NCBI GenBank assembly: GCA_963544395.1
Contig: CAUUFA010000005.1
Location: 7,499 to 71,498, forward strand
Source: an uncultured Bacilli bacterium
GTDB lineage: Bacteria > Bacillota_I > Bacilli_A > RFN20 > CAG-288
Direction of reading: 5' to 3'
Length of the DNA: 64,000 nucleotides
This document shows, in pieces, positions 59,889 to 64,000 of this stretch. Under the pieces are notes generated by a model. It saw only the letters and a program-made list of their open reading frames with translations, was not told where the DNA came from and did no database searches. Position numbers and translations under genes: made by a program. The stretch's first letter is position 1. Each line of letters starts with the position of its first letter.

Positions 59889-60593
59889 TTATTTGGATTC
59901 TTCTTCAGAATTTTCCTTCGTATCTTCTTTCTTCTCTTCTTTCGCCACTTCATTTGTCGGGATGTCAGCCTTCTCCTGTTTCTTTTGGGTGATGGTGACT
60001 CCGGCAGGGCGAAGCATGTGCCCGTGAAGCATGTAGCCTTTGGTGAAGACCTCAGCGACGCGATTATCCTCTTCGCCTTCTATCGTGTCGAAAGCCTGCA
60101 TCCGGTGCGGATCGTATTCATCGCCCCGCTTGGGATCGACAATCTCGACATCGGCTTGCTTGAGGACGTTGAGCAGCTTCGCGTGGATCATCTCGAAGCC
60201 CTGAAGGTAGTTTCTCAGCTTCTCATCCTCTGGTTTCGCCTTGAGGGCGAGATCGAAGCCATCTAGGGAAGGAATCAACTCTTCGATGAAGGACTTGATG
60301 GCGTATTGCTTGAAGTCAGCGTTCTCTTTCTCCACCTGCTTGCGGGTGTTTGCCATATCGGCATAAGCCTGATAGTACTTGTTCTTCCACTGATCTGAGC
60401 TTTTGTCGGCCTCTTCGTATTTATGGTTGGCTTCGGCTAATTTCGCTTCCAGCTCTTTGATCTTTTCTTCAAGAGGATTGACTTCTTTTTTTTTCTTCTT
60501 CTCTTCTTTTTCGGCTTTCACTTCTTTCTTTTTTTCGGGACTGACCTGATCAGCGGTTGCTTCTTCGTTGATTTTCTCGTCTTTCTCGCTCAT
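59889..60593 (-). CDS. grpE: Nucleotide exchange factor GrpE
   Basis: 234 aa with a Lys/Glu-rich N-terminus. Position between dnaK and hrcA. Confidence 0.88.
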   Translation of the reverse strand: MSEKDEKINEEATADQVSPEKKKEVKAEKEEKKKKKEVNPLEEKIKELEAKLAEANHKYEEADKSSDQWKNKYYQAYADMANTRKQVEKENADFKQYAIKSFIEELIPSLDGFDLALKAKPEDEKLRNYLQGFEMIHAKLLNVLKQADVEIVDPKRGDEYDPHRMQAFDTIEGEEDNRVAEVFTKGYMLHGHMLRPAGVTITQKKQEKADIPTNEVAKEEKKEDTKENSEEESK

Positions 60594-61711
60594 GCCTTGA
60601 CTCCTTTCTTCGTTTTGCTTTTCGCTTTAGGCTTCGTTTTGCTATCGACCGTGGTCGGCTGTGAGACCGGAACCAGGGCTTTGCTTCCATCGGATGCGGT
60701 GAAGTAGCGGTCGAGCATATAAGCCACATACTCTAGCGCACTGAGGATCTTCTTGTAGTCCATCCGCTTCGGACCGACGATGGCGATGGAGCCTTCTTTG
60801 CGGTCGATCGGTTTGGATACGATGGCGAAGTCTCCTTTCTGATCGTTGGTGAATCCGACGTTGACGAACCCTAAGTCATCCTGATGGGAGAGATCGTGCT
60901 CGAGGCGGTTCGGATCCTCGAGGGCGCTCATCGCATTGATGAAGGCATTCTTGTCTTCTTGGAATTCAGGAAGAGAGAGGAGGTTTCTTTGTCCGAAGAC
61001 TTTGAACCGCTTCCTGGCGAAGTTAAGAACCGTCTCTAGGAAGGCTTCCATGACGAGGCTTCCTTCTTTACCGAACATCCGTCCGATGAGAGGAGCCAGC
61101 GCTTTCGCTTTGGTCTCCAGCTCACTGATTTTTGTTCCGGTCAGACGGTCATTGAGCGTCTTGACTGTCTCGGAGATGGTCTGGAAGGAGACGTTGGCGT
61201 TTTCCGGAATGACGAAGGTTTTTTTCTCAACGTGTCCGCCATCAGTGATGAGGATGCCCATCGCTGTGTTCTCTGTCAGCCTCAGAAGCTGAATGGAAAC
61301 CAGACATTCCGCATCGGCTTTCGGACCGAGGACGACGGTGGCCATCTTGGTCATTTCAGAAAGCATCTCGCAGGATTTGGCAATCACATCTTCAACCGAT
61401 TTGTTCTTGTCGGAGAGAATCTGCTGGAACTCCCTTTGGAAGTCCATGTCCACCGAATTGGCAAGAGACTGCGAATCGAGGTGATCCAGATAGTACTGAT
61501 AGGCTTTCGCCGAAGGAACGCGACCGGAAGAGACGTGCGTCTTTTCGATCATGCCATCCTTCTCCAAATCCGCCATCGTGTTTCGAATGGTAGCGCTGGA
61601 ACAGTCCAGGCAGTATTTTTCGATGAGGGTTTTGGAACCGACAGGTTCCCCAGTCTTGATGAATTCATCAACGATGCATTTCAGGACTTGGTCTTTTCTG
61701 GCCTGCTTCAT
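60590..61711 (-). CDS. hrcA: Heat-inducible transcription repressor HrcA
   Basis: Start reassigned to MKQARKD (ATG at 61711) with GGAGG 5 nt upstream. Winged-helix N-terminus. The ORF track extends to 61765, across the -10 box and the second CIRCE-like element (61724-61750). Confidence 0.85.
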   Translation of the reverse strand: MKQARKDQVLKCIVDEFIKTGEPVGSKTLIEKYCLDCSSATIRNTMADLEKDGMIEKTHVSSGRVPSAKAYQYYLDHLDSQSLANSVDMDFQREFQQILSDKNKSVEDVIAKSCEMLSEMTKMATVVLGPKADAECLVSIQLLRLTENTAMGILITDGGHVEKKTFVIPENANVSFQTISETVKTLNDRLTGTKISELETKAKALAPLIGRMFGKEGSLVMEAFLETVLNFARKRFKVFGQRNLLSLPEFQEDKNAFINAMSALEDPNRLEHDLSHQDDLGFVNVGFTNDQKGDFAIVSKPIDRKEGSIAIVGPKRMDYKKILSALEYVAYMLDRYFTASDGSKALVPVSQPTTVDSKTKPKAKSKTKKGVKA

Positions 61712-61723
61712 TCTTGCCTCCAT

Positions 61724-61750
61724 TTGGCACTCATAATTCATCAGTGCAAT
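61724..61750 (-). promoter_or_regulatory. Second, degenerate CIRCE-like inverted repeat between the -10 and the hrcA RBS
   Basis: ATTGCACTG-N9-GAGTGCCAA on the minus strand. 6/9 and 8/9 matches to the CIRCE half-sites. Confidence 0.35.
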
Positions 61751-61769
61751 TAGTATTATAGACATCGTT

Positions 61770-61796
61770 TTAGCAATTTCAAGTTTTGAGTGCTAA
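61770..61796 (-). promoter_or_regulatory. CIRCE operator (TTAGCAATT-N9-GAGTGCTAA) overlapping the -35 of the hrcA-dnaK operon promoter. -10 TATAAT at 61755-61760 on the minus strand
   Basis: One half matches the CIRCE consensus TTAGCACTC-N9-GAGTGCTAA perfectly, the other has two mismatches. -35 TTGAAA, 16 nt spacer, TATAAT. Confidence 0.7.
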
Positions 61797-61874
61797 AAAT
61801 TGTTCTTTTCTTCTTACACAACCGTTTCTTTCCTACGGAAAAAGAAAAATCCGCAGCGGTGAGCCGCGGACAAT

Positions 61875-62504
61875 TCATTGACGTTTGGCGATGATCAGAT
61901 GGATATTCATCCCTTTTTCCCGGAACTTCTTTTCGTACTCGGTGGCCGGTAAGAAAGAGGAGTTTTCCGAGTAGAAGGGAGAGATGATCTGCAAATTGGT
62001 GAATCCAGATTGCATGAAGTAGGCGATGGAATCCTCAAACAGTTCAGTGTTGTCGGTCCGGAAGTAGAGCGTTCCCTTATCGGAGAGGATGCGCAGATAT
62101 TCTGCAAGGCGGGAAGGATAGGTGAGGCGCTTCTTTTTCTGCTTTGTTTTCGGCCAAGGATCCGGGAAGTTGATGTAGAGCGCATCGAGCTGGCCATCTT
62201 TCAACAGAGGGAAGATCCGTTCGATGGGAGCGTTGAGGAAGCGGAAGTTTGTCTGCTCATTTTTGACTTTGGCACCGGATTTGACTTCCATGGCGAAGGC
62301 GTTCCTATTGATTTCGACACCGAGGTAGAGGTTTTCCGGATGGAGGCGGGAAAGGGAGAGCAGGAAACCGCCAAGACCGGCTCCGATCTCCATATAGCGG
62401 AATCCGGAAAGAAGGGAAACATCGTCGAGATCTGCAAGGTTTTTCCCGATATCCTTGTTGTTTTCCAGAACCTCATCGGCCCATTTGCGATGGCGCAGAC
62501 GCAT
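61875..62504 (-). CDS. trmB: tRNA (guanine46-N7)-methyltransferase
   Basis: 209 aa. SAM-methyltransferase motif EIGAGLGGF. TrmB size. Confidence 0.8.
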   Translation of the reverse strand: MRLRHRKWADEVLENNKDIGKNLADLDDVSLLSGFRYMEIGAGLGGFLLSLSRLHPENLYLGVEINRNAFAMEVKSGAKVKNEQTNFRFLNAPIERIFPLLKDGQLDALYINFPDPWPKTKQKKKRLTYPSRLAEYLRILSDKGTLYFRTDNTELFEDSIAYFMQSGFTNLQIISPFYSENSSFLPATEYEKKFREKGMNIHLIIAKRQ

Positions 62505-63925
62505 CAGAACGGCTTCTTTCCCGTCTTGATATATTCACCAAGATCATAGATGGCATGAGCGTAGATCTGCATCGAATCATAGAAGTCGGATAACGGGAAG
62601 AATTCATCGTCTCCGTGCATGCGATAGTCTCTGCCGATGAACTGAGAACCGAAAGCAACAGAGTTTTTGCTCTCTCTGGCGTAGGTTCCTCCGCCGATCG
62701 CAAGCGGTTTGGAAGAGAGGTCTCCGGTCTCTTTCTGATAGGCGTTGAGAAGAATTCTGATGAAATCGGAATGGGGATCAGCGACAAAGCCATCGCTTCC
62801 GCCAAGCAGAGTGACCTCCGCTTTGGTTTCGACGCGGACGTTGTCGAGAATATCGGCGATCTTCAGGCTCGCCGGGAAGCGGACGTTGACCGAAATAACG
62901 AGGCGATTTCCATCGAAGGCGATCCTTCCGACGTTGTAGGAAGTCTCTGAGAAGTACTCGTCCTTGAAGTTTCCGCCGAAGGCTTCACCCATGCCGTCAT
63001 TGTAATCGTCGAAAATCTGGTTGAGCTGTCGTACACCATAGACATCGCCTAAGAAATTGAGCATGTACAACCCGGCGTTGACGCCGTTCCACGGCATCGA
63101 TCCGTGGTAAGGATGGCCGATGAAGCGAAGCGTCTTTCCATCGAAGGAGGCTTTGACTTCGGCGTGCATCCTCAGATAGCTCGGCAGCATCTTGGCGACG
63201 ATCTCGCTTCCGAATTGAATCTCGCACTCGGCTTCTGCTGGGACGATGTTCAGTGCGGATCCTAGAGAGAAGGATGAGACACCGGGGAGCTTCAGAGAGT
63301 AAGAGGCGGTGTAGGCATAGATGTTCTTTTCCGCATAGATGAGCGGATAATCAGCATCTGGTGAGAAACCGTATGTCGGAAAAGGTTTCTTCATCGTTTC
63401 AAAATAATGTTTCAGACAGAGGGAATCGTTCTCCTCGTTTCCACCGAAGAGGAAACGGAGCCGGTATCCGCCAAGCATCTGATGATCCATCAGCGCCTTG
63501 ACAGCAAAGAGGCAGGAGAGTCCAGGGCCTTTATCATCGGAGGTTCCTCTTCCGTACATGATGTTTCCATCAACTAAGCGGAGAGAGAAAGGATCTCCGG
63601 ACCAGTTTTCCTTCTTGACGGGAACGACATCTGCATGGGCATAGATGTCCAAGGTCTTCTCGCCTTCCCCGAACATAAGCTCGGTGACGTAGTGATCGCA
63701 GCGATCGACGCTGAAGCCCATCTTCTTACCTAATTCTGCGGTGAACTTCAGTCCTTTTTCAACACCTGTTCCAAACGGAGCCTCAGCGGAGGCACTAGCT
63801 TCATCCAGAAAAGAAGGAATGGCAACAAACTGCTTCAATGTCTCCAAGGCTTCCTTCTGATACGGCTCAACCAGTTTCTTCCACTCGGTCTCCTTGATAT
63901 TCACGGGTTCTGCGTTCTCTCTCAT
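62504..63925 (-). CDS. M20-family dipeptidase (PepV / Sapep-like)
   Basis: 473 aa. HADVVP metal-binding motif. M20A architecture. Confidence 0.72.
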   Translation of the reverse strand: MRENAEPVNIKETEWKKLVEPYQKEALETLKQFVAIPSFLDEASASAEAPFGTGVEKGLKFTAELGKKMGFSVDRCDHYVTELMFGEGEKTLDIYAHADVVPVKKENWSGDPFSLRLVDGNIMYGRGTSDDKGPGLSCLFAVKALMDHQMLGGYRLRFLFGGNEENDSLCLKHYFETMKKPFPTYGFSPDADYPLIYAEKNIYAYTASYSLKLPGVSSFSLGSALNIVPAEAECEIQFGSEIVAKMLPSYLRMHAEVKASFDGKTLRFIGHPYHGSMPWNGVNAGLYMLNFLGDVYGVRQLNQIFDDYNDGMGEAFGGNFKDEYFSETSYNVGRIAFDGNRLVISVNVRFPASLKIADILDNVRVETKAEVTLLGGSDGFVADPHSDFIRILLNAYQKETGDLSSKPLAIGGGTYARESKNSVAFGSQFIGRDYRMHGDDEFFPLSDFYDSMQIYAHAIYDLGEYIKTGKKPF

Positions 63926-64000
63926 GATGAATACTCCTTTCTGATTGGTATTTTTACTTCAGATAAATCTTTTTCAGCCCTTCTAAGACGAGGTTTTCTG

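Noticed and set aside
1-64000. Searched all intergenic regions longer than 80 bp for tRNA, rRNA and CRISPR repeats: 4473-4971, 11592-11755, 19219-19423, 30471-30744, 36455-36761, 38156-38376, 42047-42157, 49182-49295, 49545-49877, 53294-53474, 61766-61874.
   Set aside because: No cloverleaf-compatible GTTC/TTCGA T-arm contexts, no regularly spaced direct repeats, no rRNA-like conserved blocks.

Overview
This 64 kb window looks like a low-GC Gram-positive (Firmicutes-type) chromosome. It carries a PolC-type replicative polymerase, the tsaE-tsaB-rimI-tsaD-asnS operon, an hrcA-grpE-dnaK-dnaJ operon with CIRCE operators, and the conserved rsmB-rlmN-prpC-prkC-rsgA-rpe gene order. Most of the window is housekeeping. 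I call polC, asnS, gltX, galK/galT, ftsK, a GH13 pullulanase, plsC, glgC/glgD/glgA, rpmF, rpmB, adhE, two CNNM/CorC-type CBS proteins, trmB and an M20 dipeptidase, and found no rRNA, tRNA or CRISPR. The standout is a roughly 7.9 kb islet between plsC and glgC (about 30480-38376) with AT-rich flanks. It carries a tightly coupled three-gene operon, 494 aa / 238 aa / 1169 aa. The third gene encodes an SMC/MukB-like ATPase with an N-terminal Walker A, a long central region and a C-terminal signature plus Walker B. I read this as a Wadjet JetABC / MksFEB-like condensin module with no JetD/MksG nuclease gene, i.e. a nuclease-less Wadjet-like system. Convergent to it are a small lipoprotein gene and a secreted C39-like cysteine peptidase gene. 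Both appear broken: one by an in-frame TAG, and both by frame changes next to A6/T6 homopolymer tracts. Other oddities: a degenerate, probably non-catalytic RsmB/Sun homolog; a PASTA-less soluble Ser/Thr kinase; two tandem M16-like pseudo-peptidases after ftsK; an MprF-flippase-like protein with a long charged tail coupled to a GT4 glycosyltransferase; an L28 with an Ala/Lys-rich C-terminal extension; and palindromic candidate operators over the adhE promoter. All calls rest on reading the sequence and on remembered family motifs. I ran no database searches.
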